Shown here piece after piece: positions 12,469-22,126 of a stretch of 64,000 nucleotides of DNA. The translations under genes and the position numbers were made by a program. The notes under the pieces were generated by a model that searched no databases, was not told the DNA's origin, and was given only the letters and a program-made list of their open reading frames with translations. This DNA is from Salisapilia sapeloensis CBS 127946. Lineage: Eukaryota; Protista; Oomycota. Numbering within the stretch: the first letter of the stretch is position 1; each line of letters begins with the position of its first letter. The stretch is from assembly GCA_023334545.1 (NCBI GenBank), contig JAADVB010000076.1, positions 1 through 64,000 of the forward strand. The letters run 5' to 3'.

Positions 12469-13469
12469 ATGACCGCCCCCATTCTCTCCATCGACACGCA
12501 GCATGAGGACATGGTGCACGACGCCCAGCTGGACTACTATGGCAAGCGTCTAGCCACCTGCTCCTCCGACCGAACCATCAAGGTATACGACGTCTCGGGC
12601 GAAGTGCAGAACAACGAACACGTGCTCACGGGCCATGAAGGACCTGTCTGGCAGGTCGTCTGGGCGCACCCCCAGTTCGGCTCCCTCCTGGCCTCCTGTT
12701 CCTACGATGGCAAGGTCATCATCTACAAGGAAACGGCTCTGAACCAGTGGACGCAAGCCTATGTCCACTCGTTCCACCAGGCCTCGGTCAATGCCATTCA
12801 GTGGTCTCCGCCAGAGTGCGGCCTAGCACTCGCTTGCGCCTCGGCTGATGGAAGCGTCTCCGTCCTGTCCTACACTCGTACGTTTCATCTATATCGTCTA
12901 CAATGCAAAGTCTAACGTCCTACATAGCGTCTGGATGGTCCGTCTCGAGCTTCCAGGATAGTGGACTCGGATGCAACGCCGTCAGCTGGGCGCCGTACAA
13001 CTCGCTCGGCTCCACCTCCAACGTCGACGGGGAAATGGATCCATCGAATGTCCCTTGGCGCCTCATCACTGCCTCCTGTGACAAGACGCTCAAGATCTGG
13101 CGGATGAACCTCGGAGACACCGAGTGGACCAAGGAAGAGGAGCTGACCGCCGGCCCGGCCCACAGCGACTGGGTCCGGGACGTCGCATGGGCTCCGTTGG
13201 TCTCTCGCCACAAGAATGTCGTGGCGTCCGGGTCCGAGGACAAGCACGTGTACATCTGGACGCAGACGGAGGCACAGGGTCCGTGGAAGAAAGAGCTCTT
13301 GCATGCATTCGAAGCTCCGATCTGGCGCGTGAGCTGGAGCGTGTCGGGCCAGGTGCTCGCCGTGAGCACGGGAGACCACCAGGTGAGCCTGTGGAAGGAG
13401 ACGCTGGATAAGAAGTGGATACAGATATCGTCTGTGGACGAAGCGGGGGCGCTCCACGGTTCCGAATAA
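12469..13469 (+). CDS. SEC13: COPII/nuclear pore WD40 protein SEC13 (intron 12878..12927)
   Basis: [58 protein letters not shown]. The intron has a CTAAC branch point and restores the frame. Confidence 0.97.
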
Positions 13470-13508
13470 GCAAAGTTTACGTCTCAAATAATCCGTTCAT
13501 TTCGTTTG

Positions 13509-14588
13509 CTACGTCTCGTAATTCCGTCGCCACCGACGGCGATACCGCTGCTCCATCACCTGCACGCACTTGTAGTGCATCTGGTTCTTATGGTTGTAGT
13601 ACGACAGCGTCATCTTCTTCTTCTCCGACTTGGCTTCCGCGTGCTTCCATGGTGTGTCCGTCGGATCCAGACGTTTGCTAACGATTGCCGTTTCTCTTCC
13701 TTCAACCATTTTCAAGTAGCCGGCAATCCAAACGTCGTCTACCGTGATGCAGCTCGACGGGATGCTCGCCAAAGCGTTCACGTCCGAAAAGAACCGACGT
13801 CGATACGCATTCCCGCAGCACGCCTGCAAGATGTCGACCACTCGTCCTTGGGGTCGCAAAAAATATGGAACGTACGCAGGAACGACACCGGCCGGGTGTC
13901 CAGGTAGCGGCATCATCCCCCATCCGCAGACCCCAACGGCTACTTCAGGCTGATACACACTCTCCCATGCCAACGCTTCCACCAGCTGAGAAGGGTACTC
14001 AAAGTCATCGTCAACGGTAATGATCAATGTGTCCGGATCGTCCTCCAGACGCAAGGCGCCAAGTAGTTTGGTAGCCGGTCCATCGTCGACGCATCGATTC
14101 ACCTTGACCAGTGGCTCCACCTGACTCAGCTGCACGGGAATCTCGACGTCGTCGTACAACCTTTCCGGATGCCGCTTCATCCGGCCTCTCGGGACGTTCA
14201 CATAGATCTGGTCAGGCACCAAGCTCTGATGCAAGAGAGAGGTGACGCTGTGCATGACAGTTGCCAATCGATCTGGCGTCGTCGTCAGACTGACGACTAC
14301 TCGGAAATCTGGCCGCCATGCACTCCCGTCTTCAAGCGTAGGTGGATAGTCTGCAGCTCGCCGACCGTGGAAGGCTTTTGTAAAAATGAGCGTGAACAGC
14401 GGGGAGATAGTCCCGTAGCGCGCGAGCAGCTGGACATAGCCCCACGTGACGAGTGACAATGCTAGTGCCGACAGAATAGATAAGGCCGTGATCTTGCGCA
14501 TCCAAGGGTACCTTCTGCGAGCTCTGTGACTAGGCAACACCGGTTGCCTCAAATATACGCTCCATTCCCTCCAAATCTTGCGGATCAT
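13509..14588 (-). CDS. Type II membrane GT-A fold (family 2-like) glycosyltransferase
   Basis: N-terminal TM (ITALSILSALALSLVTWGYV), VVVSLTTTPDRL, DDGPATKLLGAL, IITVDDDFEYP (DxD), CITVDDVWIAGYL. Confidence 0.75.
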   Translation of the reverse strand: MIRKIWREWSVYLRQPVLPSHRARRRYPWMRKITALSILSALALSLVTWGYVQLLARYGTISPLFTLIFTKAFHGRRAADYPPTLEDGSAWRPDFRVVVSLTTTPDRLATVMHSVTSLLHQSLVPDQIYVNVPRGRMKRHPERLYDDVEIPVQLSQVEPLVKVNRCVDDGPATKLLGALRLEDDPDTLIITVDDDFEYPSQLVEALAWESVYQPEVAVGVCGWGMMPLPGHPAGVVPAYVPYFLRPQGRVVDILQACCGNAYRRRFFSDVNALASIPSSCITVDDVWIAGYLKMVEGRETAIVSKRLDPTDTPWKHAEAKSEKKKMTLSYYNHKNQMHYKCVQVMEQRYRRRWRRNYET

Positions 14589-14730
14589 CTTGTGTATGAG
14601 CTTTATTGTCCCGCAGTCTAGTTATACTACAGCTAAATCGGGACAGCGTCGGGGCGGCGGATAGCGACAAGTATAGTTGGACACCGAGTCCTTCTGGTGA
14701 GAACTTCCGAACAAAATCCGTCAGTAGGTC

Positions 14731-15453
14731 ATGAACTTGTTCGGTCGGAAGAAGGCGGCGGCCGAGAAAGCGTCGCCTGCGGCTACTGCGAACACCATTC
14801 GGAAGCTACGGACCCAACTGGACCAGCTAGAGAAAAGGGAGGCGCACCTTGAAACGAAGGTGAATGCACAGCTTTTGGAAGCGAAGAAGCTATCTCAGGC
14901 CAAAGATAAACGCGGTGCGTTATTCGCATTGAAGCGAAAGAAAATGTTCGAGTCCCAGATCGAAAAGATCCAAGGCTCTCGCATGACGCTAGAAACACAG
15001 GTCATGACGCTCGAGAGCGCGCACGTGAACATGGAGACGTTCAACGCGATGCGAGCTGGCGCAGACCAGATGAAGTCCATCCACGGCCAAATGGACGTCG
15101 ATACGGTCGATAACATCATGGACGACATTCAGGAGGACATGGCGACAGCTGATGAGATCGCCAACGCCATCTCGCAGCCCATCGGGACGCAGCTCTTTGA
15201 CGATGACGAATTGCTACAAGAGCTGGACGAAATGGAGGAGCTTGATCTCGAGGACAAGGCGATGGAAACGCCGTCCGAAAAGGTGGAAGCTCCCCCTGCA
15301 CCCGTCCCCGCCGCAGCCGCAGCTGCAAACCCGCCAAAGGAAGAGGAAAAGGAAACGAAAAAAGAGGTGCAGCTGCCAGAGGTTCCGACACACAAAGTGG
15401 AAGAGGACGAGCTGGCGGACCTGCGGAAACTTCACGAGTCCATGGCACTCTAA
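14731..15453 (+). CDS. SNF7: ESCRT-III subunit SNF7/VPS32
   Basis: LEKREAHLETK..., KRGALFALKRKKMFE, MDDIQEDMATADEIANAIS, FDDDELLQELDE; basic N-half and acidic C-half. Confidence 0.96.
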   Translation: MNLFGRKKAAAEKASPAATANTIRKLRTQLDQLEKREAHLETKVNAQLLEAKKLSQAKDKRGALFALKRKKMFESQIEKIQGSRMTLETQVMTLESAHVNMETFNAMRAGADQMKSIHGQMDVDTVDNIMDDIQEDMATADEIANAISQPIGTQLFDDDELLQELDEMEELDLEDKAMETPSEKVEAPPAPVPAAAAAANPPKEEEKETKKEVQLPEVPTHKVEEDELADLRKLHESMAL

Positions 15454-15528
15454 ATTTACAAACAAGATTTCCGTCTACAATATGTAATGGGTGCACGTTT
15501 CCTCTGGAAAAAGATTCTTGTTCTAGAC

Positions 15529-16506
15529 TTATCTCTTGACCCACTGGAACTTCTTCCGGGCCTTGGGCTGACCTGGCTTCTTCCGCTCCACCATACGCGG
15601 GTCTCGTCGCAGAAGCTTCTGCTTCTTCAAGGCAGACCGGAGCTCCGGGTCAAAGTGCTGCAGCGCCCGAGATAGACCGTGGCGGACGGCGCCGGCCTGG
15701 CCGGTCAGTCCGCCGCCCTTGACGGTGCAGTAGACATCGAACGCGCCGACCTTGTCCACCACGACGAACGGCTTGAGCACGTCTTCCTTGTGCGTTTCCC
15801 GGACAAAGTACTCGGTCAGGTCCTTCTTGTTGATCTTGATGCGGCCTCCGAAAGGTTCGCTCGCAGGCTTGATCCAGACTCGAGCAGTCGACGTCTTTCG
15901 GCGACCAGTGCCGTACGCTCGGCCCTTCTCGTCCACCTGCCTGTAGCGCGGCGGGTTCATTTTGGCTTCTGCCAATGCGCGTCTGGCCTCTCGTTCCAGT
16001 CGTCGACGCTCGTCCAGAACGTGGCTCTTGAGACGGATGGCGTTCACCCACTTGGGCACACCTTCTGGCGTCATCTCATCGAGATCGCCTTCAAAGCCCA
16101 TCCACGACTCTTCGCTGAGCTTGCCCATCTTCGCTTCATCCCAGTAGGGCGTGATGTCGACCTCGTCATCCACATCCTCCGACGCATCGAACTGCTCACC
16201 TTGGTCCTGCTGCGCTTCGACCATCTGACGGCGCTCCTGGGCCTGCAAGAACAAATTTTTGCTGGTGTCGAATCCCTGCGGCTCTTCCGGCACCTCATCC
16301 TCGTCGTCCGAGTTGCCACCACTCGGGCCACCACTCGGGCCACCAAACGTATCCCCACGCTTCTTGGCAAAGTGACGGATCGCAGTCACCTGGGTGGGTG
16401 CAACTGGGCTTCCGATAGAGAGCGATTGCATGACATTGCTTAACTGCGTCGTGCGAGGCGCTGCGGACGCCAATACGCGACGGGAAGCCGCGACCAGCAC
16501 CTTCAT
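15529..16506 (-). CDS. MRPS9: Mitochondrial ribosomal protein S9 (uS9m)
   Basis: Arg/Ser-rich presequence; GTGRRKTSTARVWIK, VKGGGLTGQAGAVRHGLSRAL, RDPRMVERKKPGQPKARKKFQWVKR. Confidence 0.96.
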   Translation of the reverse strand: MKVLVAASRRVLASAAPRTTQLSNVMQSLSIGSPVAPTQVTAIRHFAKKRGDTFGGPSGGPSGGNSDDEDEVPEEPQGFDTSKNLFLQAQERRQMVEAQQDQGEQFDASEDVDDEVDITPYWDEAKMGKLSEESWMGFEGDLDEMTPEGVPKWVNAIRLKSHVLDERRRLEREARRALAEAKMNPPRYRQVDEKGRAYGTGRRKTSTARVWIKPASEPFGGRIKINKKDLTEYFVRETHKEDVLKPFVVVDKVGAFDVYCTVKGGGLTGQAGAVRHGLSRALQHFDPELRSALKKQKLLRRDPRMVERKKPGQPKARKKFQWVKR

Positions 16507-16812
16507 ACTTTGGTCCGAGTCAAATGACCACCACAAAACCTTTTCCGTACCTTATTGAATTTAGATCACGTGTCCTATAAATGTTGCATCCTATTTTCTG
16601 TTTAATACGTACTATAAAGTAAGACGCTTCAGCTTCAAAGTCGGAGAACGAGGCTTCCGTCAGAGCTACTTTGGACGCAAAGAGCACACGAAGAGCATTG
16701 AGACATGGAGGAAAAGAGTCCACAGGGGCAGAAAGAAAAAAGTCCACTACGCCGAGCTCAATGCATGCTTTTCCATTTAAAAGTTGTATGCAATCGTATA
16801 TAAACGTTTCTC

Positions 16813-17275
16813 ATGTCAATAGACATCAAAGTTGCCGACCTCGAACCAGAGTCCAAGGGCCACAACCTAGTGGTGCAAGTGGTGTCCGTACTTCCGAAAG
16901 CACATACGGATCAGTTCAATCGTGGAATTGATCGTGTAGAAGTTGTGCTAGCTGACGACACTGGCTGCATCACACTGAACGCTCGTCAAGGTACTTGCCC
17001 TGCACTGTCTATCTAGTGTATTCATTCTTACAGTCAAAAATAATGCAGAGCAAGCCGAGTTGCTTGAGCCAAATCACCCGGTTGTCATCCGCAACGTCCG
17101 CGTGGATATCTTCCACGGCTATATGCGTCTGCGTGTTGACGAATTTGGCAAGATTACCACATACCCCGATGACGTAGAGTCGACGCCGTCGCCCCCGACC
17201 ACTATAAACACGACCAACGATATGTCGTCCGTCGAGTATGAGCTTCGTGCTGTTGATGACGAAGACGACAAGTAG
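16813..17275 (+). CDS. Small OB-fold nucleic-acid-binding protein (SOSS-B/At4g28440-like; intron 16991..17048)
   Basis: KVADLEPESKGHNLVVQVV, EVVLADDTGCITLNAR|EQAELLEP, VIRNVRVDIFHGYMRLRVDEFGKI, NDMSSVEYEL. Confidence 0.85.
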
Positions 17276-17489
17276 GTTTTTAATCCGGAAACATGGCGTA
17301 GCTTTCTTCGTTCCACTTCATCTTTCCCTTCAAGGTCTACTTCCGTCCTGAAATAGTGTGAACCACCTTACATTCGGACTGTGCCCCGCGCACTTGAACA
17401 AAGTATGTTAGCCTTCACCAGCCAACCGTTCGGCCTGTCAAGACTTCCGGAGGCACTTATATTCGAAAAAGACTCGAAAGCTTTCAACC

Positions 17490-18096
17490 ATGGGTGTGCG
17501 TACCAAGACCGTCAAGGGCAGTGCCGTCAAGATCATCGAGAAGTACTACGCTCGTCTCACTCTCGACTTCGACACGAACAAGCGTGTGTGCGATGAAGTC
17601 GCCATCATCCCGTCCAAGCGTCTCCGAAACAAGATCGCTGGCTACATCACGCACTTGATGAAGCGCATCCAGAACGGACCTGTCCGTGGCATCTCCCTGA
17701 AGCTGCAGGAGGAGGAGCGTGAGCGCCGCATGGACTTCGTCCCGGAGAAGTCGGCCATTGACACGGAGAACATTGAGATTGACAACGACACCAAGGACAT
17801 GCTTGCCCACCTCGACCTCAAGCTCGACGGCGTCCACGTCCCGCAGGTATGATTTATTACACTATCCTAAGCCAATGCCGGAACCGATAGATGGCTCTTT
17901 TTAAAAGAATCGGTGAACCCATGGCTATCATGACTATTCCACTTCGAAGGTGGATAGAAATGAAAGTTATATGTGTCACTACTGTCACTTGTGAAAATAA
18001 AGTGCTATCACGGCAATGGCGTTGGCTCCTTTTAAAAATAGGAGGCTAACTGTATTATTTATTCAGCCTAAGGCTCGCGGCGACCACCGTAACTAA
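17490..18096 (+). CDS. RPS17: 40S ribosomal protein S17 (eS17); 220-nt intron 17847..18066 before a 9-codon last exon
   Basis: MGVRTKTVK...[44 protein letters not shown]; the spliced tail is PKARGDHRN*. Confidence 0.97.
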
Positions 18097-18170
18097 GCTG
18101 TGTCACACCCTGCACCTTGTACTAGCGGGATGAAATAAAAGTCGAAAGCTTTCGCCTCGAATTTCGTGTG

Positions 18171-18901
18171 TTAAAATTCTGTGCTTTGGGTCATGATGGC
18201 GAAGAACTCATTCGTGCTAATCTGTCCGTCGTCGTCCTGGTCAAACTCGTCGATCATGGCCTGCAAGTCTTCGTCGTCCAGGTGCTCTCCAAGCTCCTTG
18301 GCCACTCTTCTCATTTTCTATAATTTTTTTGTTAGATACGCTTTGTGTTAACAGGTCGTATTCGTACGCGAAGGTTGATCTTGCCACTCCCGTCGTCATC
18401 AAACAGTTCAAACGCCTTTGATACATGTCTTGCAAATCGATGAAATGGATATTCGTATCATCGTTATAGCATACCTTTTGGATCTCCTCTTCTGGGTCCC
18501 GAGCAACAACCTTCCGCCGCACTAGCAACATGAGAATTAGGCTTTCTCACTCAAAACTACCGCTTGCAAGCTACGAACTGATTTCCATGTAATCACTGAA
18601 CTCGATTCGGCCGTTGCGATGGACATCTACAGCTTCTACTAGCTCCACCACTTCTTTTTTACTTACGTGGAATCCCAACGCTCTCATGAGTACCTGCATG
18701 CAAACAATTATAAGTGTTTAAAAGACAGCAAGTAGAAACAGGAACCTTCAGCTCGTGGTAATCGATAGATCCTTTCTTGTCGACATCAAACAGATCGAAA
18801 GCTTCTTTTAATTCTTTCTTCTGCTCCTCGTGCAATTCTTGCCTGGACCGTCTCCTACGAGCATGCAAAGGGTCTTTTAGTCCGTGGGACCGCCGATCCA
18901 T
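18171..18901 (-). CDS. CETN3: Centrin, centrin-3/Cdc31-like (5 exons; introns 18694..18745, 18522..18578, 18416..18474, 18318..18367)
   Basis: [71 protein letters not shown] (EF-hands). All four introns restore the frame. The start codon is uncertain. Confidence 0.9.
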
Positions 18902-19125
18902 CTTGCGTAATGGATCAAATGCCTTCGCTCCAGCCTGCGTCTCTTCACGATCGCATCGTTTTGATTCGTACAAAAGCACTTGCTCGACAACATGACTGGG
19001 CAAAAACAAACAAGTCAAATATCACAATATTAAACACATTATATCATCATCAATGTATACAAATAGCCATATTTTATCGGACCATTTTGACAATCTAACT
19101 TGACACGAACAAAGTAAAGTCCGTG

Positions 19126-21651
19126 ATGGACGCTCGAGCGCTGGCGACAGGCATCTCCCTCCATCCACCGACACGTCCGAGCTCTGAACCTTCATCTAAT
19201 CCATTCTCTGTACATCCATCGCATTCCACCCAGGACGATGATGCCGGTGATGATGAAACAAGCTGGCGAAATATGCTCCAACAGCAAACGTTTATACGAT
19301 TGCAACGGCAGACGAAATCCACCGTTGAAACAGTACTAGGGAAAGCCAATCGATCTAGCTACCAGAGCATGGTAGACTACATGGTCAGTCACTGCGTTGG
19401 CAATACTGCTTACTACGACGTCGACTGCTACCCGACTGCCGGTATCATTGCCGGCCAGGATGCACCGACCAGTAGTCTGTGGCTACCTCCACTCAGTCGC
19501 CAGCTACTCCAACACTTTCCACTCTTGTTACGTTGGGATTTCAACGCCAAGAACGCTCGAGTAGAGTTAGAAAACGTTCTCTTCCAGTTGCAAAGCGTAG
19601 ATCGAGTTCGAGAACGAGAAAAGTCTTGGCTACTGACTGAAATACACGCCTGCGACTTGGAAACAAATAAACCTTGGGCGTCACCACAAGCGCCCAAAAG
19701 ATCAACACCACGAAAGCCTCTGAGAAAAACTCGATCAATGACTCAGCCGTGGCGTAATCCAGCACTGGCGCAAGACATGATCGACCACCTGGAGGTGGCA
19801 GCAGAGTCCAACACGACCGATTCCACAAAAGTTACGAAGCAGATCAACACTTCTTCCACAAAACTATCTACCTCCCAGCTCATCCAAGCCATCCACTCGG
19901 AGTTTGAGGCCAAGTGCGATCCAAAGCAAGACGTCTGTGCAGAGCAAGTGGACATTCTCCTTGCAGTCGTTCGACAGCAGCTACAAGATGCGCTCAACGG
20001 GGACGAACGACATGTCGTTGTCTACCAGCGATTCATCAACTGGTGTCTACGAAGAGTGACCAAAAGCCGATCTTTTGCCCAGCATGACGACCACGGCGTC
20101 ATCCTCCCAGCCTACTCCGAACGCCCTCTTGCCTCCTTCCTCCAGGAGCTGCTATCCAAAGGACTAGCCGACATCCGGACGTGTCCTTCCGACCAAAAGG
20201 ATCCAACTCTCGAAACAAAGTGGAAAATGTCTCTGTCTAAAAACGCAGACTACTACCACTTCAACGCCAACGAAAGTCAAGTGCCCTACCTCATCCTGTG
20301 TATCGATCAATTGGAAACTCTTGACTCGAGAACACTCGCAGACTTTATGTCCATCTGGACGCAAGCGAATCGATCCAGGCGCTCCGATGAGACTCTTCGC
20401 ATCGGGTTCGTCGTCGGCGTTGCGTCCCAAGCGTCCCCAGCCTTGCATCGTCTACCACTGCAAGTGACATCCAAAGTTGATCTTCAGTTCTTTCATCTCA
20501 AGGACTCGCTCAAGTGTTTCCAGGACGTCTTGGAGGCGCTCATCGTCCAGTCGTCTCTCCCTCTCCGTCTCTCGGGTGCCGTCCTGCGTTCCCTCGCAGC
20601 CGTCCAGCGTCGGTCCCAGTCTCTCGTTCGGTTCCGTCACGCCCTCTGCTTTGTCTGTTTCGACCACATTCGTTCTCATCCGTTCAGTTGCTCTACGTTA
20701 CTCTTCCTACAAGATGAAAAGTCAGAGGAAGTGCGACTACCTTTGAGAGTCAAAGTCTTTCGTCACGTCTGCAACACCTCTGACTCGGATCAAGAGGCTG
20801 CTCAAACTGTACAGAGAGCAGTGGACGCTGTACGTCGTCGACGACAGAAGTGGAATTGCGGATGGAGATGCTTGCGAGAGTGCTGTCTGTGGCTGCGCAT
20901 CCCTCTTACAGAAACGTCTCTCGTGTCCAGTTTGGCAGAGGCGCTCGACGGCAACCTCCAGTACTCGTCTGTCGTCGATGCAATGAAAGATCGAATTCAT
21001 CTTGCGTCCTTCAAGGTGCTCAAGAGCTTGATGGACGGCCTGACAGGTATCTGCAACGATCATGAGGCGTCCAACGCGACTCTTCAGGAGCTCTCGTTGC
21101 TCTTTCAGTACGCCATCTTGTACGGCAAAGAAGACCCGGACTTTGCGCCCGTGGAAGGCAACTTGCGACAGGAGGCTCATGCAACGCTTTGTGAAGTGAT
21201 AGGAAACTTGTGTAGCCCTAGCAGCTTTGACGAAGATGCTTCTGTAGCGACGGTTGCTCAGTTCCTAGAGCAAGAGACGACAGTAGACGACCCTTCGGTC
21301 ATCGCGAGCGTCGAGCTAGACTACTACAACGAGCTGCACAATCTACTCTTGGAAATGGCCAATGATTCGACGTCGGATGACGACATCCTACAGGAAGCTC
21401 GGGCCGGAAATGTCGCCAACTCGACGTTTGGGAAGCAGCTGGGGAAAGCGTATACATACTATACGGACGCCGTGGGCAGGTATCTCGACTTGAGGGATTG
21501 GAAACGCCAGTTTGAAAGTGACATGCAAGAGCAAGATGCGTCGGCAACCTTTTTACGAGCATTGTGCACCCTCCGTCACTGGGGTTTGCTCAAGTCACTG
21601 GCGACGGAGAGCCGAGACGTGGAAAAGTTAGAGAAAATGGTCTTCATGTAA
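19126..21651 (+). CDS. ORC3: Origin recognition complex subunit 3
   Basis: Single 841-aa frame with LILCIDQLETLDSRTLADFM, IGFVVGVAS, LPLRLSG.VL..L, C-terminal winged-helix-like DLRDWKRQF and FLRALCTLRHWGLLK. Confidence 0.8.
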   Translation: MDARALATGISLHPPTRPSSEPSSNPFSVHPSHSTQDDDAGDDETSWRNMLQQQTFIRLQRQTKSTVETVLGKANRSSYQSMVDYMVSHCVGNTAYYDVDCYPTAGIIAGQDAPTSSLWLPPLSRQLLQHFPLLLRWDFNAKNARVELENVLFQLQSVDRVREREKSWLLTEIHACDLETNKPWASPQAPKRSTPRKPLRKTRSMTQPWRNPALAQDMIDHLEVAAESNTTDSTKVTKQINTSSTKLSTSQLIQAIHSEFEAKCDPKQDVCAEQVDILLAVVRQQLQDALNGDERHVVVYQRFINWCLRRVTKSRSFAQHDDHGVILPAYSERPLASFLQELLSKGLADIRTCPSDQKDPTLETKWKMSLSKNADYYHFNANESQVPYLILCIDQLETLDSRTLADFMSIWTQANRSRRSDETLRIGFVVGVASQASPALHRLPLQVTSKVDLQFFHLKDSLKCFQDVLEALIVQSSLPLRLSGAVLRSLAAVQRRSQSLVRFRHALCFVCFDHIRSHPFSCSTLLFLQDEKSEEVRLPLRVKVFRHVCNTSDSDQEAAQTVQRAVDAVRRRRQKWNCGWRCLRECCLWLRIPLTETSLVSSLAEALDGNLQYSSVVDAMKDRIHLASFKVLKSLMDGLTGICNDHEASNATLQELSLLFQYAILYGKEDPDFAPVEGNLRQEAHATLCEVIGNLCSPSSFDEDASVATVAQFLEQETTVDDPSVIASVELDYYNELHNLLLEMANDSTSDDDILQEARAGNVANSTFGKQLGKAYTYYTDAVGRYLDLRDWKRQFESDMQEQDASATFLRALCTLRHWGLLKSLATESRDVEKLEKMVFM

Positions 21652-21685
21652 AGTAAAAGAAAGATTGTTGAGATTATCCTCGCGT

Positions 21686-21959
21686 CTATTCGTCGCCTCG
21701 CTCAATTGCTGTGGCATAAAGTTAACATTTACATCAAATGAAAAATAGATGGCTGCAGCCTACCGCCAGTGTTGTAGTGCAAGAGTTTCTCGATCAAGTC
21801 GACGTGCGTGAGCATCATACGTCGGCAGCAGTATCGCTTGAGCGCGAGTTCGTCGAGCGCATCTCGTTCCGTGTAGTCTGCTCGCAAGAGACCGAGGTAG
21901 GTCTCCCACTTGTTCGCGAGCACCTTGCCGCAGGTGAAGCAGCGCACGGGGACGATCAT
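21686..21959 (-). CDS. RPB10: RNA polymerases I/II/III shared subunit RPB10 (probable intron 21709..21763)
   Basis: [13 protein letters not shown]...[22 protein letters not shown] 55-nt GT..AG intron gives the tail AIERGDE*. Confidence 0.95.
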
Positions 21960-22018
21960 CTTTGAGCTCGAAGTCTCGTGACCAATATATTTTGCGCCAA
22001 TGGCATACCTCGGGAGTG

Positions 22019-22026
22019 CTGATTGG
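22019..22026. promoter_or_regulatory. CCAAT box (CTGATTGG) in the RPB10 / 22127 divergent spacer
   Basis: CTGATTGG at 22019, plus ACCAAT (21981) and GCCAAT (21996) within a 167-bp divergent spacer; matches the oomycete CCAAT-like core motif. Confidence 0.5.
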
Positions 22027-22126
22027 ATAGAATGCTGTAATCGTACTTAGGAGGGAAGATTCTCATTTGAAAAGTTCGAAGTGGAGGAGCAGCGGGAAGG
22101 GAGAAGCCGAAGGAGGAACTGCCTTC

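Noticed and set aside
12912-13487. 191-aa antisense ORF over SEC13
   Set aside because: Shadow ORF caused by high GC3 in the sense gene; no motifs.
15679-16443. 254-aa antisense ORF over MRPS9
   Set aside because: Codon-register shadow of a conserved gene.
17847-18066. RPS17 intron as a canonical C/D or H/ACA snoRNA, U3 or RNase MRP
   Set aside because: No RTGATGA/CTGA box pair, no properly placed ACA tail, and no GAAAGTCCCC/GGGGCT P4 pairing. It is kept only as an unassigned structured intron.
21991-22000. TTTGCGCC as an E2F site
   Set aside because: It mismatches the TTTSSCGC consensus, and no supporting copy was seen at the cell-cycle genes.
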